A stretch of 64,000 bases of DNA, taken from positions 60,140,001 to 60,204,000 of the forward strand of contig OZ024746.1 of the NCBI GenBank assembly GCA_964016885.1, written 5' to 3'. Below, one piece after another: positions 12,015-26,119 of this stretch. Both the position numbers and the translations under genes were made by a program. The notes under the pieces are model-generated. The model was not told the DNA's origin. It saw nothing but the letters and a program-made list of their open reading frames with translations, and ran no database searches. This DNA is from Eledone cirrhosa (taxonomy: Eukaryota). The stretch's first letter is position 1, and every line of letters begins with the position of its first letter.

Positions 12015-12392
12015 TCCGTAGACTGGAGAGAAATTAAGCAACCATGTTTTGTTGGATGTGCAATGTAAATGAAAGGCAGAGGCTTGGACGAGCTGAAGGA
12101 GAAGCTGGTTTTAAAGGGAATCCGAGATGGTATGTAGGAGAGAAGACTGCGCTGGTATGGACATGTGATGCATATGGACAATGATTGATGGGTGAAGAAA
12201 TGCCAGGAAATCCTAATAGAAGGAAGCCGCAGTTGATGACCAAGAAAGACTTAGGCAGAGGTTGTGAGAGCAAACCTCAAATTGCTAAGACTGGTAGAGG
12301 AGATGACGAAGGAACGCAACAAGTGAAGAGATGCCGTGCTGAGAAGAACCAGTCCAATCCATGCAGACATAAAAATGATGATAATGATGATA
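12015..12392 (+). mobile_element. Short RTE 3' fragment (others at ~20790-20960, 29080-29760, 46700-47005, 48550-48790, 52315-52650, 58000-58290)
   Basis: agactgcgctggtatggacatgtgatg (RLRWYGHVM) homologous to 5360-5390; (GAT)n tail. Confidence 0.75.
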
Positions 12393-12494
12393 TATATATA
12401 TAGTGACGAAACATAAGTCAATATATATATATATATATATATATAGTGACGAAACATAAGTCAATATATATATATATATAGTGACGAAACATAA

Positions 12495-12537
<43 letters not shown>

Positions 12538-12540
12538 TAC

Positions 12541-12720
12541 ATATTAGTCAATCAAATTTCAATAGTGCTGGATTTCCACACTTTCTTTCTTATTTTCACA
12601 AATACTTTTGTCTTCAGAAAAATATCCTAGAAGACAAGAAAGTAATTGTGAAAGTTCACCTGTGTTGAAATTTGATTGACTAATATATTGTCTGTGCACA
12701 ATTCTACAAACTGTGAACTA
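12541..12720. mobile_element. Hairpin insertion, family H5
   Basis: Outer arms atattagtcaatcaaatttcaa / ttgaaatttgattgactaatat, inner arms ttttcacaa..ttgtcttc / gaagacaa..ttgtgaaa, ~35 nt tail, microsatellite flanks. Confidence 0.6.
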
Positions 12721-14012
12721 ATATATATATATAGTGAAGGCATGTCACCTAGTGGTTAGGCTGTGGGATTCATGATCATAAAGCCATGAGTTCAATTCCT
12801 GCAGCATTTAGTCTTTGAACAAAACACTTCATTTCACATTGCTCCAGTTCACTCAGCTGAACAAATATCATTAAAATACCTGAAAAAACTCCTATGATAT
12901 GCAACTTAATAGAAGACCAGCTAAACCTACTAGGTGTATGCTGTAACAACATATTTTTTAAAATTTGAAATTTATAGCTCACACTTATGCATGTTGAGCT
13001 GGCTTTCTACAACATTGCATCTCAAAGGAGATTTCTTGGGTGTTTTAATGATATAGACCCCAGTCCTATATTGAAAAGCAATGTGAAATAAAGTCTCTTG
13101 CCCAAGAATATATCATGACATCTGGTCCAGGAAATCAAAACTATGACATTATGATTGTGAGTTCCATACCCTAACCACTAGGCCCTGTGTCTTCACAACA
13201 ACAATATATATCTGTATCTATGTAAATGAGTATGTATCTGTTTATATTAGTGTGTCTTGGAATTACTGAATGAGACACCAGCAGAAAATGAAGTGTGAGA
13301 GACTGAGGTTTTTCTGGTGCAAACAGTAGCTAGTTGGTCAAGTTGCCATATTTTTACATGGAAACACTGCATTTAGAGGGACATTGCTCTCCCTCCTTCT
13401 GTGGAGTTGATAAAATATCTACCACTCTGATCCTGGCTTTCATTCAACTGAAGAACATATACCCATCTACTTAAAATTATAAACAGATGGAAGATGAAAT
13501 TCCACTCACATACTCTCCCATGGATAGGATGTCAGTCTATCACAGTTAACTTTTCCACAAGTCTCTGGTATCCACATATACACACACTCTGTCTGTCTCT
13601 CTCTCACTCTCTCCTCGATAAGGATGTCAGTCTCTATCACAGTTAAATTTTCCAGAGATTTCTAGCACCCACGCTCTTTCACAGCATTAGGATGTTGATC
13701 TATTACCGTTACTTTTTTAAGAAGTTTCTTGTACTTGTTCCTTCTAGCAATATAGAATTAATTGCCTTGCTCAGAAAAAACAACAAATACTGTTTAAAAT
13801 CAACCAAGCAGCCAACCAACCAACAAGGCAACCAACATACCAACCAGCCAACAAGTTAACCAACCAACTGACCAACCAACCAACCACATTAATACTCAAA
13901 AGAAAGGAGTTAGTGATAGCCAGAAATAATCACATATAGATATTTCACTCTATAGAGGGAAAGTGAAAGGCAGAAGAGGAGAGAGAAACAAAGAGACGGA
14001 GAGGTGGAACTT

Positions 14013-14053
<41 letters not shown>

Positions 14054-14064
14054 GCTGCTGCAAC

Positions 14065-14510
14065 AACAACAAAAGCACCCAGTCCATCCTGTAATGTGCT
14101 CGTACAGGTAACATGACAAGAGGCAGCACCCAAGCCAATTTGTAAATTGGTTGTGCTGGTGACACGAAAAGAGGCTCCCGGTCCACCCCGTTTAGTGGTT
14201 GTGCTGGTGACACGAGAAAAAAGCACCCAGTCCACCCTGTAAGGTGGTTGTGCTGTTAACACAAAAAAGGCACTCAGACCACCTTGTAAGGTGGTCATGC
14301 TGGTGACACAGCAAACAGCACCCAGTCCACCTTGTATGATGGTTGTGCTGGTGACACATCAAAAAGTGCCCAGTCCAGCCTGTAAGGCGTTCATGCTGGT
14401 GACATGACAAAAAGCGCCCAGCCTACCTTGGAAGATGGTCAGGCTGGTGACACGATAAAATACTACCCTGTTAGATGATGATTTTGGTGCTACAATAAAA
14501 ATCAGTCCAC
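14065..14510. repeat. ~41-bp minisatellite in RTE-tail elements (also 3100-3300, 38140-38340, 53685-53830, 57480-57780)
   Basis: Repeated aaaagcacccagtccac.ctgtaa.gtggt..tgctggtgacac. Confidence 0.75.
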
Positions 14511-14715
14511 ACTGTAATATGGTTGGTGTTAGGAAAGACATCCAGTCATAGAAACCAAGCCAAAATAGAGATCCATTTGAGCAAGATGTAGTCACCTGAC
14601 CTGATTTGTCTTGACATGACAACCTATCTAACCCATGTAAGCATAGAAAATGGATATTAAATGATGATGAGATATATATATATATATATATACACATACA
14701 CATACACACACATAT

Positions 14716-14770
<55 letters not shown>

Positions 14771-15557
14771 TAGGATAGTCTAGCAGAACAGGTTGGATCT
14801 TGAGGAGTAAGCCTCGATAAAAATCCTGCTTGTCTCATAGTAAGCAATAGCTCATGCGACATTCATCAGTTTAATTAGATGACCTTGGTGTCATGAACAC
14901 CAGTGGCTTTGCAGATAATTGACTATTAATTCGTCAATGGTTGGCACAACTGCTCTTGTTAGCAGAGAAATCTATGAGTATGCAGGTGTGACAAGCCGCA
15001 TATATTCTAGCCATTAGAAAAAGCAAACGAATGCTTCACCTTTGATGGAGGAATGACTCAAGAAGAAGATACAGATGTCCATTATCACACCCCTAGATTC
15101 CTATCGCTTTCTCTTGATCATTAACATCTTCTCTTATAACTAATACAGGCCGACTATATATGTTCACTCCACGTTTCCTTTCACTCCTCTGTATACACAC
15201 ATACACACCCTTATATTAACATACTTTTGCTCATAGCTTCATACTTACATGCACACACACTCTTTTACTCACATATACACACACATTTCTTCTTAGCTTT
15301 GTACGGACGTATAATAACATACACACACATGCTTATGCATGTGCACAAGTATAGCTCTTTTTACAAAACAGTTTTTTTCCATTTCAGGTAGACGCGCTCC
15401 ATCATCCACTTTTCTAAAAAATAAATCATACACAAAACGCCAGCACCAACAGTTTTGTAAGAGATGTCAACATGAATGAACCTGTTATTTTTATCTAAAG
15501 ACATTTTTTCCAATTCCAACCCGCCCGTCCCCTCAAACTATCTTATTTCTCATTCTT

Positions 15558-15593
15558 TCTTCTGATGAAGGACTGACGTCTGAAACGTTAAGA
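15558..15593 (+). ncRNA. Minimal type I hammerhead ribozyme in a PLE-like 3' end (~15380-15680)
   Basis: TCTT-CTGATGA-A-GGAC-tgac-GTCT-GAAA-CG-TT-AAGA; palindromic helix III (ACGT); element ends in (TA)n. Confidence 0.8.
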
Positions 15594-15943
15594 CCCTCTT
15601 CTTGCTATATCAAGCGTTAACCTAATACATCCCTTCCATTTACTGTACTGATTGTGTTGTTATTTCTGTTTACCTTTTACATACATATATATATATCGGT
15701 GACGTGTACAATTCTTGACCACTCATGGAATGACAACAGGATCTAAATCAACAAATGAAGGAATTCAATGTTAAAGGACAATAGGAAAATCTGCTTCATA
15801 GAATCGAGACGTATCCGAGGACTGCGCGATTTCAGAGTCAGGTTTGATCACCACATCGATCGTGCCTCGAACTGGTCGCCTGAGAAACAATTGTAATATG
15901 TCCAATAAATTCCTTTTGTCGCAACACTGATTCTCTTTTTTCT

Positions 15944-15978
<35 letters not shown>

Positions 15979-16802
15979 TTGGAGGCGGTAAAAACCAGTT
16001 AGAGAATTACTCACCAGAGTACTCGATACTTGGGGTAGTAGAGTCAAATCTAGCTGTTGAAACGGCTGGAGCTCAGCTGTCAGGTCCTGAATTTTTTCAT
16101 ATATATATATGTATATAGATAGATAGATAGATAGATAGTAGATAGATAGATAATAGATAGATAGATACAGACAGATAAACATGAGAGAATGGAAAAGAAA
16201 AATGGAGGGATAAGAAAGAGGAAAAATAAAGTTAACAAAGACCTCTTTTTCAATGGAAGATTTCGTTGGCAGGGGAGGTAAAGAAAACAATAGGGGAATG
16301 AGGGAGGTGCAAAAATGAATGAATGTTTTGTTGACCGATGATATGGTGGTGGCTGTTGTAACTGTTGTTGATGTTGCAGAGGTGGTGGCAATGTTTTACA
16401 AACCACTTCACCCAGTGAACAAGGAGAAAGAGAACATTTAAAAGACTGTAATTATCAATGCCTTGTCAGACATGGAAGGTCCACCTATCCACCCTCTTTC
16501 CAACCCTTCAAACTGGAAAAGCATAAGAGCTATTTGTCTGCCTGTCTGTCACTATCATAGTGTCACTTCACATATTCAACACCTCTAGACAAGGACTCTT
16601 TCATCTGAAGTTGTTTGCCAATATCTATATATACTGCTTATAATACTGTTTGTCTGTATACAATACCTATTATGGCTAACTATGTTAAATTATGTGTGTG
16701 TATAATATATGTACACATACAAATACACACACATGTACACACACACACACACACAGCATGGTTTGGCTAGATATTTAGAACGCTGGTTTGAGACCTTTAT
16801 TT

Positions 16803-16840
16803 CCCTCTGAAGAAGAGATATTATCTCGAAAATTAAGAAC
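16803..16840 (+). ncRNA. Minimal hammerhead ribozyme motif
   Basis: ccct-CTGAAGA-A-GAGAT-att-ATCTC-GAAA-AT-TA-ag; lies in a ~200 bp insert between (CA)n and (TA)n; helix I is weak. Confidence 0.65.
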
Positions 16841-19800
16841 ATTTAAATAAATTTAAGGTAAAGGACGAATTGTCAACTATATCTTTTACAATTGCATTCT
16901 TTTTTCTATGTCCATACCTGCATTGTTTTGGCTTTATTACACATATTCAAACGTATATATATATATATATACTATATATATACAAACAAACAGAGAGAGA
17001 GATAGTCAAACAGAGAAAGAGAGAAGCAGACTAGCACTACAATTGAAGAAAGTCGAAACCAATGACTGGCCACTAGTGTAACTTTCACATTAACACCAAC
17101 AGCAACACCAATATATTGACTAAAGTGAAACAATAGGTAACAAAGTCACAAGACTTAACACCACAAAGTCTATAACAGTATTTGTATGATAGCTTATTGA
17201 TCTGTTGTTGCACAACACACTTATGACTGAGCAGGTTAATGAACTTGAGGAACCAAATTAGCATGTTGGATGTATGAAGAGATTATCATGTGAGTTTGTC
17301 AAAGATCGCAGCTGGACTTGTTTGGCAAGTTATTTGATTTGAAGTACATAACCTAGTAGTTAGGCTGTTGGACTCATGATCATAAGATTATGGGTTTGAT
17401 TCCTGGACCAGGTAGCATATTGTATTCTTGAGCAAAATACTTTATTCTACATTGCTCTTTCTGCTAAAAGTAGTTGCGACTGGCAAATAGTATCAACAAT
17501 GGAAAGACCAATGAAAAAAATATTTCCTTGATCTAATCTGACAATTGGCTCCTTTCTTTTTCCTTGATTGGAGCTGAGCTTGTGTTGGAAGTGAAGCTAC
17601 TACATCATGGAAGAAGCTCTTTAACCCACCCAAAACTGCTTCTGGTTCTATGAAACAAAACTACCTATTTTAAAGGGTTTCTAGTTAAATTAAAACATTC
17701 CAATATAATTTTATTTAAGAATCATACTATTCTGAATGAGCAAGCCTATGATTATAGACGTTCCAACAATGATCATTCCATTTTTTCTTTGTCGTAGTGT
17801 AGATAGGACTATTATCCAATATACCCTCACTTTTTAAATGTGGTAAACTGGATTTAAAGTAAAGTTGGCTGCTATTACTTGAATAGAATGGATCTCTGTC
17901 TGTTTCAATGATGAGTGTTTCATTTGTGTGTACCCAAAATTCTCATGTACCCATAACATAATTGTGAATGGAAGTCGGGGGTGAAGGGAGTTGTATGAAA
18001 TGAAACAAACAAGCACCGATTGAGGTCTGCAGACATGGGCCTAGACTGGGAGCAGGTTTGTGACAGTATTTGCAACAATGTTGGGTGGATATTTCTTGTT
18101 GTCCTTTGCTCCATAGTAAAGACATGGCAGAAATGTGCTTGGTCAGGTAGTAGGTTCATGACAAGTCTTGCAACAACCAAGTTGGCTGGAGATCCATCAT
18201 AGCACAATTAGCAAGAGCTACTGACTAACTCACTAGTCACATCAAATGATCTAACACTATCAAATGATTTCTATTGTCGTTCATATGAATGATAAATATA
18301 TTAAGCTTATCTTCTCTATTTCCACATATTTGTCTATCTATCTGTCAGTGGTCTGTCTTTGTGTGGATGTATGTAATGTATCTATCAATGTACTTATGTT
18401 TGTATGTGTGTGTGTGTCTATATATATAGTATGTATCTCTCTCCTTCTATATATATGTATATATATATATATACACACACATACTTTATGTATACAGTTA
18501 TATCGGAGCGAAGACCTTAATATATATAAATATATAGCTTTCCTTATATGTAAGTGTACACATAGTGGAATGTGGTGGTGATTGTAATAGTGATGATGGC
18601 AAACTATAACACACATACACACACACACACATATATCTGCAATATATATAAAGACACTATTCCAGTTAGGGTTTAACTATAATGGCTAAAACAAACTAAA
18701 GAAATTATGCACACACACACATACATACATATATATAGAAATATATGTATGTGTGTGTTTATATATCACCAAATAAATACCAATTAATCCAAAGCCAACA
18801 CCCTCTACCAGATGCTCATTAAATCCTTATGTCATAGCCGCCAACAGTCATCTGAGACACTCCCCATAAGATTTCATTTCCTTCAGAGATTTAAAGATTA
18901 AAAGATGTTCTTGTTTATCAATGCTATGTTAATCTCCTCATGGGGCTTGATCCACACACATGCACACTCAGAAGAGGGTCTTTCTGGATATATGTCTTGT
19001 GAGTTGGTGAGAACTGGGCCCCACACTAATGGTTTACTATTAGTTAGGTAGACTAATATACACATACACACACAAAAAGTTGCCTATAATCATCATCATC
19101 CCCATTTTACATCTATTTTCCATACTTCTTTGAGTTAGGCTGGTCATTGTGTTCTGGGGCTAGACAGATCAAATTACTGTATCTCATTCTGACACACTTC
19201 CACTCTGACACAGTTTCTATGGCTGAATGCCCTTCCTAATGTCAACCACTTCACTGTATGTATTGAGTGCATTTTATTGTGGCACTGCCACTGGCACCTG
19301 ACTGGATTGACTAGGTGTTTTTCATTGCGACATCAACACTGCCATTTTACAGTATTGGCTGGGTGCATTTCATCATGGCACCAGCCCTACCACTTTACAG
19401 ATGTTACTACTATATATATAACCCAAGTATTGAATGCTCTGTTGAGAAATGGTCTAACCAGTTTCACACTGAATCCATCCTAATATGTTTGTGTGTACTG
19501 GTGTGTAACACCAGGTCAGACACCCAGCAGATTTGAGTTCAAAGATGTCCCAGCCATGATGACTATCCTGCCATTTTTGTATGTCTAAGAACACATTACA
19601 CATTTTCCAATATGGCCTTTCCTGGCTTTAAGACCGGAGAGTGTGGATTGAGGGAGACATGATTGCTATTTCTAACAGGCCAAGGGTGTGTTATTGGCTG
19701 GAAATGTTTTGGGTATTTTGATAATGATTTCTTTTATTGGCAGAAGTCTGTTATTTAGTCAGAAACACACAGACAGGCAGACAGACAGATAAAAAGAGGA

Positions 19801-21632
19801 CAGGCAGATACATACATAGACAGGTAAACATACAGACACGTAGACTCACATACAGTCATACAGACATCCGGACATGGATACTGTACACACATAAGCACAG
19901 TGAAATATGCAAACACACAAGCAAGACACAAGCACATACATACACAGAGGTAGACAGACATACAGATAAACCCACAAACATACAGAGGCACAAACATACA
20001 GAGGCACACACATATACTGGTACACATACAGAGGCAAAGAGATGTGCTACACACACACTCACAGAAGCAGACAGACATACAAACAGACAAAAAATAACTG
20101 GAGTGCCTTTTCATGTCAAGGGCCCACTCCTACTTACTAAATCTTTTGTGCCTACCTTTACACTGCATCCCCCTCACAGAAAACAAAACCTTGTTTAGGG
20201 AAGGGCTTTTCAAATCTTCTAGGAAAGGGAAGTGGGACAGGGAAGGAGGGTGGAGTTATCCCTAAAAAGAAATAATAAAGGGAACAGGTTTCTCACCAAC
20301 TTCCCATCACTACCACCCTTATGTCAATTGTTTCTACCCCTGTTTAATACCCCTACTACTACTACTACTCATTGTCACATTCAAAACTACAAACACCCAC
20401 ACACCATACTCTACATACTCACTCTTGTTCTTTCATAAAAGTATGTGAGTATATGGTAGATATGCAATGTGCATGCATGTGTGAGTGTCTGTAAGTATGT
20501 GTGTGCCTGTATATAAATGCAAAAGTATGTTTGGATGTGTGTATTTATATATGTATGTATATATATATATGGGTATGCATGTGTGTATACATATGTATGT
20601 GTAGTTAGAATGATAATAGAAAAGAAGGAATATATAAGTATTTTGTAAAACAATATTGTTGTTGATAATAGTGTCAGTGATGGTGCTGTCATTTAAAGGA
20701 GTGAGACTTAGTTCTCAGACTAGTAACTCTGAATGAGAACCTATTTTGTCATCAATATGTGTGTGGTGTATGTGTGTGGGGTGTGTTGAAGTACAACGAG
20801 ATGCCAGTAGAAGGCCTAGGAAACCATGGGCAGAAGTGGTTACAGTTGATCCCAAAATGCTAAACCTCATAGATGACAAAGGAACGCAAAACGTGGAGCA
20901 GGTTGTGCTAGAGAAGACCCATATAAACCATGCAAACATAAAATGTGGATGATGATGATGATACATATATATGTGCATGTGTGTGTGTGTATATATATAC
21001 ATGTGTATGTATATATATATGTGTGTATGTGTATGCAAAAAGTAAACAAAATAACAAAGTGAACAATACAGTACAATGAAGATATATCTTAGTTTAATGT
21101 TTGATATAATAGGGAAAGAGTCTTAACATTCTGGATGCTAGTCTTTCAACAGAAGATAGAATTAGAAATAAAACAAATAGAAAGATAGAGGAGAGTGAGA
21201 AGAAGAAATGGAAAAGGCACTTGTATGTTCAGTCAACCATTTTTGGAAGAATACATATATCATCAGCAGAAGTAGCAGCATTTTTTAATGTCTTTCTTCC
21301 ATGTTAGCATGCATAGGACAGAATATTCTGTTTTGGTATGGTTTCTATAGTCTACTGCTCATCTATTTTAATGAGCCATAGTGAAGGCATTTTATGATGA
21401 CACCAGCACAGGGAGATTGTCATGTCCTTCACACAATTGATTAACCCTTTATCAAAAACTTCACCATTCTGCTATGTTGTGCTTTTTCAAATGATGACTG
21501 TAGGCTAGCTCTATGAAACATTTAGGTGTGTATCATCAATTTGATATTCTGGCTACAACACGCACATGCACACTCACAAACACCTACAAAAACATATGTC
21601 ATACAAATACATCTTCTTCCCCACCCCCGCAC

Positions 21633-21701
<69 letters not shown>

Positions 21702-22017
21702 ATATACACACACAGACACAAGCACACATAAATAGTCACACACATATTTCCAAAATCTCAGTCACTTACTCAAATACACACAGAAACATACATACAAACA
21801 CCCACACAAACATGTTTGAGTTATATATCACTTACATATACAGATAATATGAAGCCACATGTGCTCTAAGTTAAAATTGTAGTTAGATGATGTATAATAT
21901 AGAGTTGCAAATAGTTATAAATCTTTCTCTATATATATATCATACATGAAATGTGTGTGTATATATATATATGTGTGTGTATCTATGTATATATATATAT
22001 ATGTATATATAAATATA

Positions 22018-22051
<34 letters not shown>

Positions 22052-22054
<3 letters not shown>

Positions 22055-22596
22055 AAACCTGGGACGACTTCATAAATTCCGACCTCACACACTTACACCT
22101 CTCCAAGAAAATGTCACTGGACCGAGAGCTTTGGCGCTACACAGTTATACAGAAGACCCGCCTTGCCTAAGTACAAAGCGAAACCTACAGTCAGTAGGCA
22201 CCTCTAACGTCCCACTACCCCCACCCCATCCATACCACCCCTTAAATGTGAAGTTATGTTGGTACCACAACATCCAGTCCGAAACAAATGAGGTCGTGTA
22301 GGTGTCACGACAGGTAACACGGTGTAGGTAACACGGTAAAAACCTCCCAGTACACACTGTAAACGTGGTTGGTGTTGGGAAGGGCATCCAGCCGTAGAAA
22401 ACCCACCAGACGTGTAGGTGTCACGACAAAAAAACACACAGTCCACGCTGTGGTTGGTGTTAGGAAGGGCATCCAGCCGTAGAAAACCCGCCAGACAGTC
22501 CTGAGTAAGACAACCAATCTTGCCTCAAGTGGGACAATTCCCGTCTAGACCCATGCTAGCGTGGAAGATGGACGTATGATGATGATGATGATGATG
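22052..22596 (+). mobile_element. RTE 3' end with extended 3' UTR (related copies 45120-45430 and 58700-58955, minus)
   Basis: KTWDDFINSDLTHLHLSKKMSLDRELWR..stop, followed by gttggtgttaggaagggcatccagcc repeats, ccatgctagcgtggaa and (GAT)n. Confidence 0.7.
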
Positions 22597-23047
22597 TATC
22601 TATATATATATGTATCTATATATGTATGTATGTATCTATATATATATATGTATCTATATATGTATGTATCTATATATATATGTATGTATCTATATATATA
22701 TGTATGTATCTATATATATATGTGTGTGTATCATCATCATCATCATCATCATTTTACGTCCGCTTTTCCCTGCTTGCAAGGGTGGGACGGGAACTGATTC
22801 TGGCTTGATTTCTACAGCTGGATACAGTGAGTGCTGGGTGCTTTTTTGCCATGGCACCTCCACGACCACTTTGCAGTGGAATGATATGGATCCCAGTCCC
22901 TATCATCTCATTTCTACAGCTGAGTAAACTGGAGCAATGTGAAATAAAGTGTCTTGCTCAAGGAAACAACACATCACCCGGTCTGAGAATTGAACTCACA
23001 ACCTTTCGATTGCAAGGCCAATGCTCTAACCACTAAGCCATGTGCCT

Positions 23048-23049
<2 letters not shown>

Positions 23050-23099
<50 letters not shown>

Positions 23100-23244
23100 A
23101 TCTATCTATATATATATATATATATATATATATCTATATATCTATATATATATATATATATGTGTATCTCTATATATATATATATATGTGTGTATCTATA
23201 TATATATATCTATATATATATGTGTATCTATATATATATGTGTA

Positions 23245-23285
<41 letters not shown>

Positions 23286-23399
23286 ATCTATCTATATATA
23301 TATATATATATGTGTGTGTATCTATCTATATATATATATATATAAATGTATATATATATATATATATATATAAATGTATATATATATATATATATATAA

Positions 23400-23435
<36 letters not shown>

Positions 23436-23501
23436 GTATATATATATATATATAAATGTATATATATATATATATATATAAATGTATATATATATATATA
23501 A

Positions 23502-23535
<34 letters not shown>

Positions 23536-23548
23536 GTATATATATATA
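23050..23548. repeat. Compound (TA)n microsatellite with periodic aatg/tc/tg interruptions
   Basis: Directly visible. Confidence 0.9.
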
Positions 23549-24183
23549 CAACAACACCCAAACAAACAACACTGACCTAAGAGAAGTATAAATAAATAAG
23601 TAAATTAAATTAAATAAAATAAGATAAATAAATACATACACAAGCACATAAACACACACTAGTCACCCAGCAGACACAACACTATACACACTAGTCACAC
23701 ATCACACATAACACTATACACACACGCAAACGCATGCGCAAAGAAGACAAAATAAAATAAGATAAACAAACAAGCAAATAAATAAATAAATATATAGACA
23801 GACTGAACAAAAAAATGGCGTAGACATACAACACAACAGGAGGAACAATGAATATAACACCACTGACGATGTTGCAGATGTGCAACGAAAGATTTATGTA
23901 AACTATATATATATGTGTTTGTCTATATTGTATCTGTATTATTTTTGACCGCCGGTCAGTCAATGGCAACATTGAGGACCGAGTAAGTTAGATCGCAGAT
24001 ATATATATATAAAAGACAGCGAGAAGCGAAAACCAACCAAACAGTGAGTGTGTTCTGTTATTAATTCTGGCAATATTACGCAAATATGACCCTCCCCAAA
24101 TATAACAATATATATATATATATATATATATAAATGTATATATATATATATAAATGTATATATATATATATATATATATATAA

Positions 24184-24233
<50 letters not shown>

Positions 24234-24814
24234 GTATATATATATATGTGTATATATATATAGAGAGAGAGAGGTGTATGTATATAGGCGGGGCATTTCT
24301 ATAGGCATAGTTTTATTGTTAGGAATTTCACATTGGATGCATGTGGTTTTGGGTTCAGGCTTACTATGTTGGCACCTAAAGCAAGAGTCTTTCACTATGG
24401 CCCTCAGCTGATTAAAACCTTGGTAGACAGAAGCTGTAAAGTACCCTGTTCTATGTAGTTTCCCAATATATAACAGATACATGTTTTGATTTCTGCCACA
24501 TTTTTCTGTGTGAATGCATAATTTAAGGTTATAAAAAATTCTTAACTATAAAAATTTATATATATATATATATATATACGTGATTCATTGACTTGTCTCT
24601 ATTTTTCCTCTCTTTTCGTTGCATACCACCATGTGTTTGTTTTCTTCCCTCTGTTTTCCCACTGTCCCGATAACTTAATTGAGTTATCGCTCTCACTGAT
24701 TTTAGGTATCTAGTCTTTAATGCATTGAAATACCAACGATAAATCAGAAGACTACTGAAGAGGACATTTTAACCCTCATCTATTTTTATTTATATATATA
24801 TATATACATAATGT

Positions 24815-24850
24815 ACTCCTGAATAAGGGCTTAAGCCCGACATGTCAAAC
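24815..24850 (+). ncRNA. Decayed hammerhead motif
   Basis: CTGAATA-A-GGGC-ttaa-GCCC-GACA-tgtc; one substitution in each core box; insert ends in (TA)n. Confidence 0.4.
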
Positions 24851-24916
24851 TTTCTTTCCTCTTTCCAATATAAAGCGTGAAACTAAGACTTTTTGTAATT
24901 GTTTGTTGTCTCCTTG

Positions 24917-24954
<38 letters not shown>

Positions 24955-25982
24955 TATGTGATGCTGACCACGTATTTAAGTAATAAAAAGCACAAAGTTA
25001 GTCTTGCAAATGTTTTCAATATCAGTATATATAAACACAGTACCTCGAACGTTTTAATGAGAATACTTAACCTCCAACTGTGAATATATCTGCATTTATC
25101 TTTAGTGTGAATAACACTGAAAACAATCAACCACAGTTTTATTATAGAGAAAATCAAAAATAGTAATAGGAAAATGATTAATAGAAGAGATGAAGGAATA
25201 TATATATATATATATCATCATCATTTAACATCCATTTATTATACATATATATAATATAATATATTATTTTACTTGCGAAGCTATTCCAGTAACTGTTCAT
25301 GGTTAATGACACATTTCAAATTGATCAACAAACCAAAGCACCTCATCAAGTGAAAGTGTACTTTCCAAGAAAGTAACCCAAATCTGTACAAAATTTCACT
25401 GATAAGGCATTGTCCAACCCGATGCTATATTAGAGGACATTTGTCCAAGATGCCATACAGTGTGACTGAACCCCAAATCATGTGACTGCAAAGCAAACCC
25501 TGTAACCACACAGCTTTGCCTGCACCTATATATGTGTTCTTTTATTCTTTTACTAGTTTCAGTCATTAAATTGCAGCCATATCAACTCCAGTATTTATTA
25601 GTTTCAAGTTTGATTATATATATATATTTATGGACACTGACACAGACACATGCACGCATATCATCATCTACATCACCATTTAATGCTTGCATGGGTTTCA
25701 CAGGCTGTCACGTGTCACGTTATGAGGCAAGATAGGTCAGGTAATCATATCTTGCTCATACAATCAGCTTTTGGTTTAGTTTTCAACAGCTGGATACCCT
25801 TCCTATTACCAACCACCTTACACTCATATATATATATGTGTGTGTGTGTGTGTGTAGGATATCTGTAGATAAAAAGCAAATGAAAAACTACTCAATCTAG
25901 TACAAGAGAGCTTATTTAATTTATATTAAAGATCATACACTTAACATGTATGTGCAACCTTAACAACATGGAATACTTCACA

Positions 25983-26036
25983 ATTAGCATGGCTCCTGCA
26001 CAAGGATGACAAATTTGTGAAGTATTCAATATTTTT
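25983..26036 (+). pseudogene. U6: U6 snRNA 3'-half fragment
   Basis: attagcatggctcctgcacaaggatgac----aaatttgtgaagtattcaatattttt matches the conserved U6 3' region ATTAGCATGGCCCCTGCGCAAGGATGACACGCAAATTCGTGAAGCGTTCCATATTTTT. Confidence 0.85.
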
Positions 26037-26085
26037 AAGGTCGCAAATACATGTTAAGTATATGAACTGTTTATATATATATATT

Positions 26086-26109
<24 letters not shown>

Positions 26110-26119
<10 letters not shown>

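Noticed and set aside
14065-14510. CRISPR-like periodic array
   Set aside because: The whole 41-bp unit is repeated with no unique spacers; eukaryotic retroelement minisatellite.
17940-18200. Possible Tc1 transposase relic (also ~51850-52040)
   Set aside because: Only faint SADLN and MDWP motifs; no TIRs or continuous frame.
22990-23659. YI/IY-repeat ORFs (and similar HT, CV, SL, ER ORFs across the window)
   Set aside because: Translations of (TA)n, (CA)n and (GA)n microsatellites.
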